A program made the translations under genes and the position numbers. Of a DNA stretch of 64,000 nt, positions 13,188-24,979 are shown piece after piece; position 1 is the stretch's first letter; every line of letters starts with the position of its first letter. A model generated the notes under the pieces. The model worked only from the letters and a program-made list of their open reading frames with translations. It was not told where the DNA came from and searched no databases. The DNA is from Antedon mediterranea (lineage: Eukaryota > Animalia > Echinodermata), in contig NC_092677.1 in assembly GCF_964355755.1 (NCBI RefSeq), positions 4,300,101 through 4,364,100 on the forward strand, in the 5' to 3' direction.

Positions 13188-13556
13188 TTAAGGACCCATT
13201 TACACTAGGACGATAACGATCGACGATAAATATATAAGCATAAAACAAAAGACATTAGAAAGGTTTTCGTTCTAGAACTATTATGATAATCATTTTTGAT
13301 AAAATAATATTTTTAAAACTCCAATCAAATGACGTCATGATTAATAAAAACAATAAAATGTTTGTATTTTCATGATATTATTGCTCTTACTAATCATGAC
13401 GTCATTTGATTAGACGTGTGAAAATATCATTTTTATCAAAGAAAGCATAGATGGTGGTTATCCTATAGTTCTAGAATGAAATGTTTTTATAGTTTTTTTG
13501 TTTATGTATGAACAATGCATATTTGTCTATTATCGTCGATCGTTATCGGACCTTAA
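13188..13556. mobile_element. Palindromic MITE flanked by TTAA (Kolobok-like)
   Basis: gataacgatcgacgataa pairs with ttatcgtcgatcgttatc, with internal symmetric blocks (ttctagaacta, aatcaaatgacgtcatgatta). ttaa-agg at the left end, cct-taa at the right end. Confidence 0.6.
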
Positions 13557-13648
13557 ACCTGCTATAATACTATGTATGAAATTATTACGTAGATTGACAA
13601 AATCGTCAAATTGTGACTTGCGTTGCGCTAACGTCTGCGTTACGCTCC

Positions 13649-14184
13649 AAAGTGTGGTCTCCACTAGAGGCACAATGCAATGACGTACGCACAACGCAAG
13701 CGAGTTGACCAAAGACAAGCCATGGTGGTTCAAATAATCCATCGCTTGTGATTGGTTAAATCACTTACGTTGCGTTACGTCCTTGCGTTGCGTCGCTAGT
13801 GGGAACCTGAGCTTAATAGTGTTTAATCAAGCCTTCAGTTTGGTTCCATTAACGCAAAAGGGAATCACACGTGCAAAATATCATAGCATGCGCGTGTTGC
13901 GTCTACGTCCTCTTGTAGGACTATAATTACTGAAAAACATCGACTCGTCCATAATAAAAACAACAATCAAGTACAAAATAATGAGATGAAGTCATTCACT
14001 TTTAAAGCTTGGTTCCCACTAGAACGTAACGCAAGGACGTAAACGCAACGCAAGCGTTTTAACCAATGACAAGCGAAGTTATAGACAGTTAGCAATCACA
14101 AGCGAATAAGCCATCGCTTGTGATTGGTCAATTCCTTTGCGTTGCCTTACGTCCTTGCGTTGCGTCGCTAGTGGGAACCACGCT
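13649..14184. mobile_element. Two copies of a ~170-180 bp MITE (13649-13814 and 14005-14184), Harbinger-like
   Basis: TIR aagcttggttcccactag ... ctagtgggaaccacgctt with T(T/A)A-type flanks. Shared interior ccatcgcttgtgattgg...cttgcgttgcgtcgctag. Confidence 0.7.
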
Positions 14185-14992
14185 TTATTAAACGATTGTC
14201 TTTGTTTCGTGTTTATTAAACTATATATCGATTTTTAGAGTAACCAGCTAAAGCCATCAATCACTTGTTATAGGCCTGTGTTGATTTGTGCACCACGAAG
14301 CGATGATGTCATCAGATTACGAAGACAAATAAGCAACCTTTTTAAGTTACTAGATAAACAATATTCGTTATACAAAAGTTCATGTCTCGAACAGAAGTGA
14401 ATTCAAAATCAAATTATCTACGATACATCAAAAAAAATGTGCATCATTTCATTTAAATACTGACGTACCTATCGCAACCTATCATTACCAAACGTTTCTT
14501 GGTAGTAGAGTACCAGCATAATAGAATAGACTGTCCAGACTTTATCTGCTACACCGGTTACGCGCATTATACTCTTAGGCCTAAATTTGAATAACTTAGA
14601 GATACTTTTATTTATCTGGCTATCTAGAATTCCTTATCGAATGATCTCCGAAGTTTCATAGATTTCCTTTAACTTTAATCCAGAGATAGGCCTACTATAT
14701 TCTAGTAAGGATTTTTTTATATAAGATCTTGATCCGTTTTGGATCTTTGTGGGTTTATCTGTGTTAGTATAATTTGAATATTTTTATATATTTATATAAT
14801 TTATTTTATTTGAAATGATAGAAGACCTCTTGATATCAGTTCTGTACAATGAAGAATCTGTACGGGTTATCTTCGGTAATGATGGTAAATAATATATAAA
14901 AATAATAATAATATAGAAATATGTAACTCACAGCTTGGCCCAATAATATATACATTAAAAAAATGATTTATGTAAATCACCAATTCACAGGA

Positions 14993-15838
14993 TCATGTAA
15001 ATAACTTGAAGCAAGTAGTTTGCTTAACTGCATTTCTGAATTCAGTAAGTCGAAACCAGTAAATGATTGGATTTGAAAGCGAATTGATAGTCATAAAAAC
15101 GATATTTATGCAATAGATTATTAAATAAACATCCATATTTTGATCAAGAAAAACCCCAATAACGGAGTTTATTACAACCACTCCATTTGTTATATTAAAC
15201 ACAAACACTATAACACAAAAAGTTATAATCATTTTCATGTACCTTTCTTCTTTTTGTGTCGATTGAGGTGTGTCCCGTTTGTTACAAATACTTCTGTATA
15301 TGAAAGTATAAATACCTGTATTGACAAATATATACACTAGTATAGCACTGTATACAATCACATTCGACTCTGATAAAAATACGAGAACAGTTTTAAATAA
15401 TATAACGGCGATTACGGCAATAGTGTATTTTGTTTTCGTGACAATAAGATGGTATTTCATCGGTGCCCAAACAAGTGCGATGTACCGATCTACGGCGATG
15501 CAAGAAATTGAGCAAGCGGATACTAAATAAGATATATCTAATAGATAGTACGAGAAAATGAATATGTTTACGTTCAGTTGCCACATAATTGTTACGCTAC
15601 ACGTTGCAACTGAAAGTGAACTTGTAGCATCGGAAAAAGCTAGTAAGCAGACGAAAACATGTTTCTTCTTTCGTAAATTCTTGTTGGTGAGTATCAACAA
15701 TATTACAAGCGCATTAGTTAAAATAGAAGATGCCCACATTATGTACAGTATCGGTGTTGCATATAGGACCGGTTCGGTTGTGAGCAAATTATGTAACTGT
15801 TGTAAATTATGTAAACTTACATTTTTAATGTCTTCCAT
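14993..15838 (-). CDS. Intronless rhodopsin-type (class A) orphan GPCR, 281 aa
   Basis: Single ORF with seven hydrophobic segments. TM2 LAFSD, TM3 IAVDRY, TM7 NSLSNPIIY followed by helix-8 FRLTEFRNAV. Very short TM4-TM5 loop. Confidence 0.9.
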   Translation of the reverse strand: MEDIKNVSLHNLQQLHNLLTTEPVLYATPILYIMWASSILTNALVILLILTNKNLRKKKHVFVCLLAFSDATSSLSVATCSVTIMWQLNVNIFIFSYYLLDISYLVSACSISCIAVDRYIALVWAPMKYHLIVTKTKYTIAVIAVILFKTVLVFLSESNVIVYSAILVYIFVNTGIYTFIYRSICNKRDTPQSTQKEERYMKMIITFCVIVFVFNITNGVVVINSVIGVFLDQNMDVYLIIYCINIVFMTINSLSNPIIYWFRLTEFRNAVKQTTCFKLFT

Positions 15839-16371
15839 AATTCTTATTTAATTGGAAACAAAATTGTATCCGATAAAAAGTTATTTTCAAGCGATGTATT
15901 ACAATTGTAGTTTTAATCCAAAACGGTACTGAAGTCACTCTGGTTGAAAAACAGCTGATGAAGCGTTTATGCACTCTCGGAATAGCCTACGTGGTTTTCT
16001 GATAGTCAGTAAAAAAGCCAAATAAAATGTCTTTGTTCGTGGCACTTTTCGTATTTTAAATTTGTTTTCCAATAAAGTAGGAAAACTCTAAATTTTACAG
16101 ATACAGAATTGTATTTAAAAATAGAACAATATTGCCTGCATGTCCCTTTCTAGTCTCTCAACGAAAATGTGTTTTGCAGTCATGCCATACACACACTAAT
16201 CTAAAAACAGCAACACAATAATTAACTACGTGAGTTGTTGTGCCAAATTTCCGTTTCGTATACAGTATATTATTAGTAAAACAAAAGGTGCCAAAACGGT
16301 TCTTTTTTGCATGCTCTTAATTGTCAGAATGCCTGTTGTTGGTGGATCTTTTCTAATCCAATGTTTGCTTG

Positions 16372-16385
16372 GTTACCATGGTCGT
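16372..16385 (+). promoter_or_regulatory. Possible RFX X-box upstream of CCDC113
   Basis: gttaccatggtcgt has a perfect GTTACC half-site and an imperfect second half, ~270 bp before the ATG of a ciliary gene. Confidence 0.35.
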
Positions 16386-16642
16386 TGTGTAAAAGAAAAC
16401 ACTCATTAATCAACTAATAATATCAAAATTAGTATAAATGTAATGGACATATACATTTAAAGTAATGCGAAAATGGCATTTAACTTGAATAAAGATTGAA
16501 TTTGCTATACTGATAATTGTTTCAGCCTTAGTAACTACAAACTAAGTTATATCGCATCCGTCATGGGAATGTACAAACAAAACGTAAGGCGGCTAGGCTA
16601 GCCCATCACATTTGTTTGCTCTGTTTCTTTCTTTCTTTTAAA

Positions 16643-19600
16643 ATGGCAGATTCTGAAAGTATTGCAGCATCTTCTCAGATGGATAATCAAGATGACCCAT
16701 TGAATGAGTATTCGTCGGAAGAAATTGATCGAATGGTAAAGGAATTGCTGTAAGTTATTCATTTTATTCAAATAAATACAACCACCCCACCAGGGCCTAC
16801 CCAACCCATCATGTCATGCCACCCAGGCCTAGTAGAAGTAGGCCTAGGCTAGGCCTACTGTCTAGTGAACGTGAAGGCCTAGTGAGACCCTAGGCTAGTT
16901 AGGTGGTCCTATTATACAGTAGTAGTAGTGGTAGTAGGTAGGCCCCTATTAACTTTTAAATTCCAAACAGGTGGCTACTCTCTGGTGGTATGATTTATTG
17001 CTCTAGGCCTAGCCTAGTAGGCCTAGCTAGCCTAGTAAGTAGGTATCTGGTGGTGTTTAGTAGGACCCTAGCCTAGGGCCTAGCTTTAGGTTTAGCGCCT
17101 GTTCTATACTAGCCTAGGCCTAGTAGTAGTAATAATTTAATATAGGCCTAGCTAGGCCTAGGCCTAGTAGTAGGCCTAGGCCTAATAAATATTCCAATAA
17201 ATAAAATAAAATGAGAATAAATTCATGTTGCTGATAATATCTAGGCCTACAAGTAGTTAGGCCTATGCCCTAGGCCTATTATTAAAGACTCTAGACCTAA
17301 TAATTCAAATTAATTTGCTTTAATATTCTTGTTAATGTCAATGTCATTCATGAATCATACATAGAACTGGAAATGAAGTTATTGAAAATGAGACGCTCAT
17401 GTTCGTTAAATATTTGAAACGAGTTGACCCAAATGTAACCGGAGCACCATTCGCAGTACCGGTACCCAGTCAGTCATCACACGACACACGAGTAATGCGA
17501 AAGCGTTCACGTTCAAAAGGAAGTGGTGTTGATAAACATCTAAAACTGACAGCAGAACAGAAATGTGACATCGCTCAAAGAGAAATTGAAGAACTTCGAG
17601 AAGATATTGCAAAACTGAAAGAGGATTCTGAGAAGAAAATGGATAGTTTTAAGGTATAAACAACATATGGAAAAAAAAGATTAAGTAATCAAATTTGCAG
17701 TTTGAAAGTAGTACGTTTCACTGTCCACTTTTCTTTAATTTTATCACGGCAGGCTATTATAGAAGAAGCAGATCTTAGGTTTTCGGAGTTAAAGAAGTCA
17801 TCATACGAATTTGAAAGAGACATAGTAAAGGGTTCAGTGAATACCAGAATTAACCGAGTGATAGCTGAAAAGGTTACGCGCTATTTTGAAGATAAACAAA
17901 GGGCGCGCGACACATTGATTGAGAAGTTACGACTTAAGAACTCTACTCTGAAAGTCCAGAAGAAAAAACTACATCTGCAACTTAAGCAGGTTAGTATTTA
18001 GTCTTTAGTATTTTAGGTTAGTTCAAGTCTTGTATATCATTATTAATATTAGGGAGCTTAACTTTAACGTTATTTCCCAACTTGCAACGTGCAAGCTCCG
18101 CCCACTTTGTATGCAAATCGATCTGTGTGTGACCATCGCGAAAAAAATAATATATTTTCTCCATGGTGAGACAAAAACTTTAATGTGTGTCGATACTGAC
18201 TTTCTTTTTTTGTTCAAAATAACGACAGAAATCCTCTTTCTTCTTTCTCTCCAAACTATTATGCTGTTGAAAACCCCATACTTTCTTCCAACTACTGCAG
18301 AAGACATTTATTTTTCTTATCTCTTATCCAACTTTTTCACAAAATTAAGTAAGATAATTGTTTTATTTTTCAGAAAGAGGAAATGGGTGAAGTGTTACAC
18401 GAGGTTGATTTCCAGCAGCTAAAGATTGAAAACAGTCAGTATTTGGAAAAAATTGACGAGCGTAACCAAGATTTGCTAAGACTTAAACTAATGTCCGGCA
18501 ACACTCAGCAAGTTCTCAATTCATACAAGGTAACTTGGTTTTCTATTTTATTGTTATTCTTATTCAATACATAAACTTCTTGCAATGCTAATGCATTCAA
18601 ATACCCTAGCATTATAAATGTTATAGTATAGTATACAGCAACTCTGAGAGATAAAGAATTCATGCATATTATAAATGTTACTAGTTTTGGAAGAAAATTT
18701 GACAATAATCACATTAGTAATAACATTTTATGAAACTTGGAACCAATTCATTTTTCTTTAAAACAAAATATCCTACATGTGCATTCTGACATAATTCAAA
18801 TGAAAAAAGGAAAAGTTGGTCACACTTTTCCCAACATGTCTAATCTCAACATCCCCCCCCCCCACACAAATTCCATCTCCATCACTTCCATCCCCTGTCA
18901 CTTACATCCCCACAACTTCCCTCTCCTCCCTCTCATCCAATTCCCCCTGGCCCATATACCCATGTGGTCCTTCGTCAGTATTCATCCAGATCCAGAAGAC
19001 AGAGAAATATATAATTAATTTTTACATTTTTATAAATTTAATTTAAAGAAAAAGCTACAAACGTTGACGCTTGAGTCGGATCGTCTTCATTCTGAAATCA
19101 CTTCCAGGAATGATCTGCTTGGAAAAATCGATACAGAGACGGAAACGGTTGAAGCTGTAAGTTCAATAAGTTGTGTTTTACTTCTCGTTGTTTTATTTCA
19201 GCATAGAACCTAACTTTTAATTACGTTGTCAAAATTCTGTTTTTAAAAAGGAGAGAGCAAAAGCGGAGGAAGTAAATCGTAAACTACGCCAACAACTTGA
19301 TGATTTTAGAGTTCCAGAAGTTGTCGAGTATGTCCAAGAAAAAGCGGACTTGTATGAAATGAACAAAACTGTTAAAAGTTGGGAGAGAAAAGTGGAGATT
19401 GCAGAGGTATTTCATTTTTGGAACTTAAAGCATAGATAAAAAATACAAAAGTAACATGCAAACATTATTGGTAATTGGTACCACTTTGTTACTCTCCCAA
19501 AACAGAACTTCCTTGGTCCCAATTTATAGCAAGGTTGTACATATACACAGCGATAATTATATAATCATCAGAATGGTACAAGTAATTGCCTTCTACATCA

Positions 19601-20253
19601 AAATGTCAATAATTTAAAGATCGATAAAGATCTGAATAAGATAGAAAAACAAAATCCAATAATTGTAACTTTGTACATATTAGTTTTTTTCTTCACATTA
19701 ATACAAAATTGTTTAAAATTCCTTTTGGGTTAATCTAATGGACATTCTATAGACCTTATTATTATATTACCTTGTTTTATCGTTGTTTGTGTGATTTATA
19801 CTGTAGCTAGTTAGGATTAGTACGTTCAATTAAAATATGTTTACATGATCAAAAAAAAAACTTTCATAATATAGAATAATACAGGTTACATTCCAATTTA
19901 ATCAAGTACAATATATACTATAATTTTAGTAGCATCTCTTTGCATCCTTAAATAGTAGCTATAATAAAAAAAAAAGTCGATATGTAATCTAGGATCATAG
20001 TAAAAATATGCATTGTCACCAAAAATGTTTATTATTGACAAATGTGTAAAATGAGGACGACTAGTACTATTTTATTGTTTGAACTTAGAAATGGAAAAAA
20101 AAAATCGATCATTTTAATCAAATTTATTTTCGAAATTCTTTTTCATTATAGATGGCCTTGAGAGCTAACCGAAAGACATGGCAACAATTGAAGGCAGCTA
20201 GTCACCAACAGCAACAGCAACTATGGAACATGGAACCAATCAAAATGTCCTAA
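16643..20253 (+). CDS. CCDC113: Coiled-coil domain-containing protein 113 (cilia- and flagella-associated protein 263), 7 exons, ~384 aa
   Basis: Exons 16643-16749, 17365-17653, 17753-17989, 18374-18529, 19049-19156, 19251-19406, 20152-20253 (1155 nt, phases consistent). Peptides LTAEQKCDIAQRE, AIIEEADLR, EKLRLKNSTLKVQKKKLHLQLKQKEEMGEVLHEVDFQQLKIEN and WERKVEIAEM are characteristic of CCDC113. Confidence 0.93.
16820..17300. repeat. CCTAGG/TAGGCCTA-rich low-complexity tract in CCDC113 intron 1
   Basis: Dense imperfect repeats of ctaggcctag. A similar tract sits in CNBD1 intron 1 (8795-8826, 10979-11070). Confidence 0.8.
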
Positions 20254-20513
20254 GCAAGTAATGTCGTCTGCTGAAGATACAGTTACATCAATTGGTGTTT
20301 ACTCCCTCTTCCAAAATTATTGATTTTTCTTTTACTAAATTATGAATTATATTTGTCAGACAAACATTTATTGTGTATTTAGATAAAGTGTAAATAAACA
20401 AACATGTTGTAATTGAAATGCTGTATTTTGTGTATTTAATATAATATAGACTTCTTTCTATGTATAAAATTACCTTTACTCATTTTGTTCTTTCAATATA
20501 AGTTTTAATATAA

Positions 20514-20720
20514 ACTAGAAAGGCACTTCGAGAGTGCAAACCTCGCCTAGCCTAGGCATATGAAAATGTATGTTTCCATACAGCTATGAAACCATCCTTT
20601 AACATTTTATGTATTTATAACCTTTTGACTAATCTTCCTAACAAATATAGAAAGAAACGAACAAACAAATGCACACACGTGATCGACCACATAACCTCTC
20701 GCCATTTTGGGCGAAGGTAA
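20514..20720 (+). mobile_element. Short Helitron/Helentron-like non-autonomous element (second copy ~41443-41649)
   Basis: Starts actagaaaggcac and ends with a hairpin ctctcgccattttgggcgaagg-taa. Family assignment is from pattern resemblance only. Confidence 0.4.
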
Positions 20721-21748
20721 CAACAATTACATACGAGAAACATTAATATCAACTGTTAAAAGGGTAATATCAACAGACCGAACACGTTATTTGATTGGCT
20801 TGGTCATGATCAGCGCGCGGAAGCATGATTAACGGTGAATGTGAATCTACCTATGTGATTGGTCACTTGTGCGTTGCGCGTACTTTAATTCTTGCATATC
20901 ATTATACCGTAGTGTCTACAATCATAATCGCAATATACAATACAAGTACTCGTATAGTATTCGTATTTTATGCGTTGTTGCTGTAAAGTATTTAGTAAAA
21001 CCAGAGATAGAGTATAATTACATTTACATATTGTAAGAAAGTGTGATGAACAATGAATATGTCTTCTAATTAATTGGCAAATGTTAGGCTTAGGAAATTC
21101 TCAAATGATTAGAAATATCGATCGGATTTCGAATAAATATCTTCTTAAATAATGTTACAATAATCTGGAAGACGCTCATTTTAAATTTTTTTGCAGATGA
21201 CAAGCATCGTTCTATCGCAGACTAGTAATTTATTATAAAACATAACAGGTTTCCATTTTTATTTTGCCTTTCCGTTTACGAAAAAAGTATCACGACCTAT
21301 GCGGGAAAAACGAATATTGTCTGTGATATCTATATATTTTCGTAACTTTACGAATTGTACGTCCACGCATTATTAAGAGACAGATAGATGCATTGGTTGA
21401 TACAACTAGGGCCAATTAAGAAACGAAATCAACATTGAAATTGGCCTAAGAAAATATGGCTCAAGAAGAGGACTCTGTACTTGGAATAAGTCGAAAGTTC
21501 GGAGAAAACACTTCTTCACATGGTATACCACGGGTAGTAGCGTCAAAATCGTATTTTGGAAAGATCTTCTGGAGTTGTTTGTATGTTGCTTCTCTAGTGG
21601 CGTTCACTTGGCAGGCCTATGTCCTCATCGATACATACTTCAAGTGGGAAGTTTCTATCAAAGTAAGTCGAATTTAAAAGGTGTATAGTTTAACTTCACT
21701 CAAGGGCTATACATACAAAATCGAGGTTTACACTTTTGTACATTTAAA

Positions 21749-21886
21749 GCTCTGTCTGCACCATCAATTTTTGTGAAAAAAAAATGTGATGTGCCCATGT
21801 ATAGACACGATGATGTCATATCCCTACCATAGTGGACACATCACATTATTTTTGTTGTCTAAGTAGTTTGATAGTGTAGACAGAGC
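21749..21886. mobile_element. ~140-bp MITE in intron 1 of A-type channel copies
   Basis: TIR gctctgtct(g/a)cac ... gtgtagacagagc. Related fragments at ~12565-12620 and ~22417-22485; duplicate at ~42676-42813. Confidence 0.6.
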
Positions 21887-24476
21887 CCAAGGAACTGCAT
21901 TCATACGGCCCTTTTGTGGTCAATTGAATAATGACCCGATATTCCTTTATAATAGGCCTATAGTACCTTCTACATTTAGGCCTAACATCAAATTCATACA
22001 TTTGCAGGGCTTTAACAGTAACGTTTGACTTATTTCCATTTTTGTAGAACTGAAATAGCAATTCTTTATAAAAGATTAAATCAAATTATTAATTACGCAC
22101 ATTTATATTAGAAAAGAAATGAATTTCTTGAAATATTTCTTGTTTTGATTTTATTCGTTCAGTAATTAATTAATGAAACGGATATTTCTTGCTTTGCTTT
22201 TATTTATTTTTGTCAGTACGTCGTTGAAAACTCAGACGCCAGACCCTTGCAATTTCCCGCCGTTACCTTGTGCAATACAAATCAAGTTCGCCGGTCTGTT
22301 TTGGCGTTACGTCATGAGTATGAGATACTATCGTCCATTGAAAACTACACAAATCATTTACAATATTACGGTAAAACATTTTTTATTAGTATTTTGCGTC
22401 AATGTTTTGTTTTGTCAGCTCTGTCTTTATGGGACCCGATGATGTCATATCAGTATCATCACTTTTTTTTACACAAACTAGTTTGGCCCTGTTCCATTCT
22501 ACCATTAAGGACCTAATAATTGTTTAGTCAGAGCGAATACATCTCTATGGTAAGACTTCTTTTTTTCCCAAACCTAACGCCTTATCTTTGCTTCTCTATC
22601 TGAAAAAAACATCGATGTGTGTATGTAGGCCTAAATATGTATTCACATTTGTTTCTGCAGCTCCGTGTAAGGCTGGAGATTTTCATTGCGACAACAACAA
22701 GTGTGTTAAAGATTACAGGGTGTGCAACGGTATTGATGATTGTGGTGATAAGTCAGATGAACAAGACTGTCTACCTGAAAGTAAGTATTGGAATTGTTAT
22801 CCACCCGTAAAATGATGGAACACACGAGTATTATTGATAATTTATTAATAACACCACCGCCATTGTTTTCTTTCTGTAATGGCGCTAGTTACACTCCGTC
22901 ATGCATGAGTAATATGATGGAACGCACGAGTATTATTGATAATTTAGTAATAATTATCACCACCGCCATTGGCTTTCTGTGATGGCACTAGTTACACTCC
23001 GTTATGTGTGAGTAATGAATGACGTAATACATAAGCAGTAAGATTGTATTCGTAGTCCACGTGACTGCGAATTCCGGTAAATGCGTCTTGATTTTAAAAA
23101 GACAGTGTGTCTAAATAAAGTACGACGAATGCATTTAGCTGAGTATCATTGTTTTGTACTTGTCGTCAGAAAAGAGTATTGACCGACATAATATTTCATT
23201 ACTAATCATTATTATATTTATTTTGCATAAATACATTTTTTTTTGTTATAAAAAGTTCCGTGTCGATCTGGGTACAAGCGGTGTCAAATTGGAGGAGAAT
23301 CCGGTTATTGTATTAGCGAAGACAGATGGTGTGATAGAAATGTAGATTGTTACGACGGAGAAGACGAAGTTTGTACAGCGAATGACAGTGGGTAACATTA
23401 AGTTAAAGAACATTAAATTACCCAACTTCCTTAACATAATTACTCCTTAAAATCAGAATAACAATGGAATATATATGAGGAAGAAGTATAAAATCATTGT
23501 ATTTATCATTTCAAAATGAAATTAATAAAAGTAGTGGTTAATGCCACAAAAAAGAGGAAAAAAACATTTCTTACCGTACGAGGTAATAGTCATAGCCCAA
23601 AGTATGAGTTGGACTAGAATTACTATCAAAATTGAAAAGTTCCCATGCGTTGGATTATGCGAATTCATTATCATGTTTTGCCATCTACGATAAGAGTTCA
23701 TGACATTTACGCGAATATATTCGATTAGTTAAAAGCAAACTTTATGCATTTATTTCAGTTAAGTGCAAGGACGATGAATTTTCATGTAAAAGCGGGGTAG
23801 AGGCGTCTTTTGAAACTGAATTTGTTGAAAAATATGGGAATAAGTATTGCATTAATGCCAAGCTAAAATGTGATGGTATTAGACATTGTGCGAATGATGC
23901 TGACGAAGCAAATTGTCCAGGTGATGTAATAAAATGTTGTCTTGGTAATTTGAGTATGTTCAAAATATCGATATTTATTAATAGCGATAGCGCTTTTGTA
24001 TAAATGCACCAAAACCATAGCCATACAATCTAAACGCTCTACTTTACATTTTTGGTAGGCCTATTAATGTATATGCATCCTCAACATAACCCAGGACCTG
24101 CTTGTATAGGAAGAATGGTTCTTGGGACAGGAGGTGTAAGTGGTAGGCCTAGATAAAATGTCACTGCCAATCTAGTACAAATTGATACTCGTTGTTTTTG
24201 TAGCAGGACAATGTAATGAGAATGAATTTACATGTGGAGATATCATTTGCATCCCGAATGATTATAAGTGCGACGGGTTTTGTGACTGCGCAGACTGCAG
24301 GGACGAGTCTTCAGACATAGTTTGTGTATTTACATGAACGAATGGTAAACAAATCCCAAAAGAGGAAACGTGCGATTATAAAAACCAATGCGGTGATAAC
24401 AGTGATGAAGAAGGATGTACAGTATTCCCAAGTATAGTTATTTTAATTTTTGTCAAAACATTTAATAACTACGGTG

Positions 24477-24979
24477 GCTGATTTCCGCCAAAGAAAAAAA
24501 TTATTTTATAATAATACGGCATTACGGGGTAATTAGGGCGTTATAATGCCGTAATTAGGGCGTTATAACGCCCTAAATACGGCGTAAATATATATTTTTT
24601 TGGTAGGCCTATTAATGTATATGCATCCTCAACATAACCCAGGACCTGCTTGTATAGGAAGAATGGTTCTTGGGACAGGAGTTGTAAGTGGTAGGCCTAG
24701 ATAAAATGTCAATCTAGTACAAACTGGACTAAATATATAATCTGTTCACACGTACATGCCCCCCTCTCGGCGCATTCACAGATTTTAGAAAGTCACGTGG
24801 TACATTACTGGCCATCTTTGTGTCCAACTATGCCTGTGTAGTGTATGGAGTCGAGTTATGTGCTTAAAAAATGATAAATAATAAAAAATTCACAGGGTTT
24901 TAAATATCCAATTTAATATCAAAACAATCAACTAATACGTATTTTTATAAACTAATTTTTTTCTTTGGCGGAAATCAGC
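24477..24979. mobile_element. ~500-bp TIR element in intron 6 of A copies, carrying a copy of neighbouring intron-5 sequence
   Basis: TIR gctgatttccgccaaagaaaaaaa / ttttttctttggcggaaatcagc. Interior 24596-24722 duplicates 24048-24180. Duplicate at 45387-45889; absent from B copies. Confidence 0.8.

Noticed and set aside
18737-19046. Pro/Ser/His-rich ORFs in CCDC113 intron 4
   Set aside because: C-rich low-complexity tract. CCDC113 exons 4 and 5 join in frame without it.
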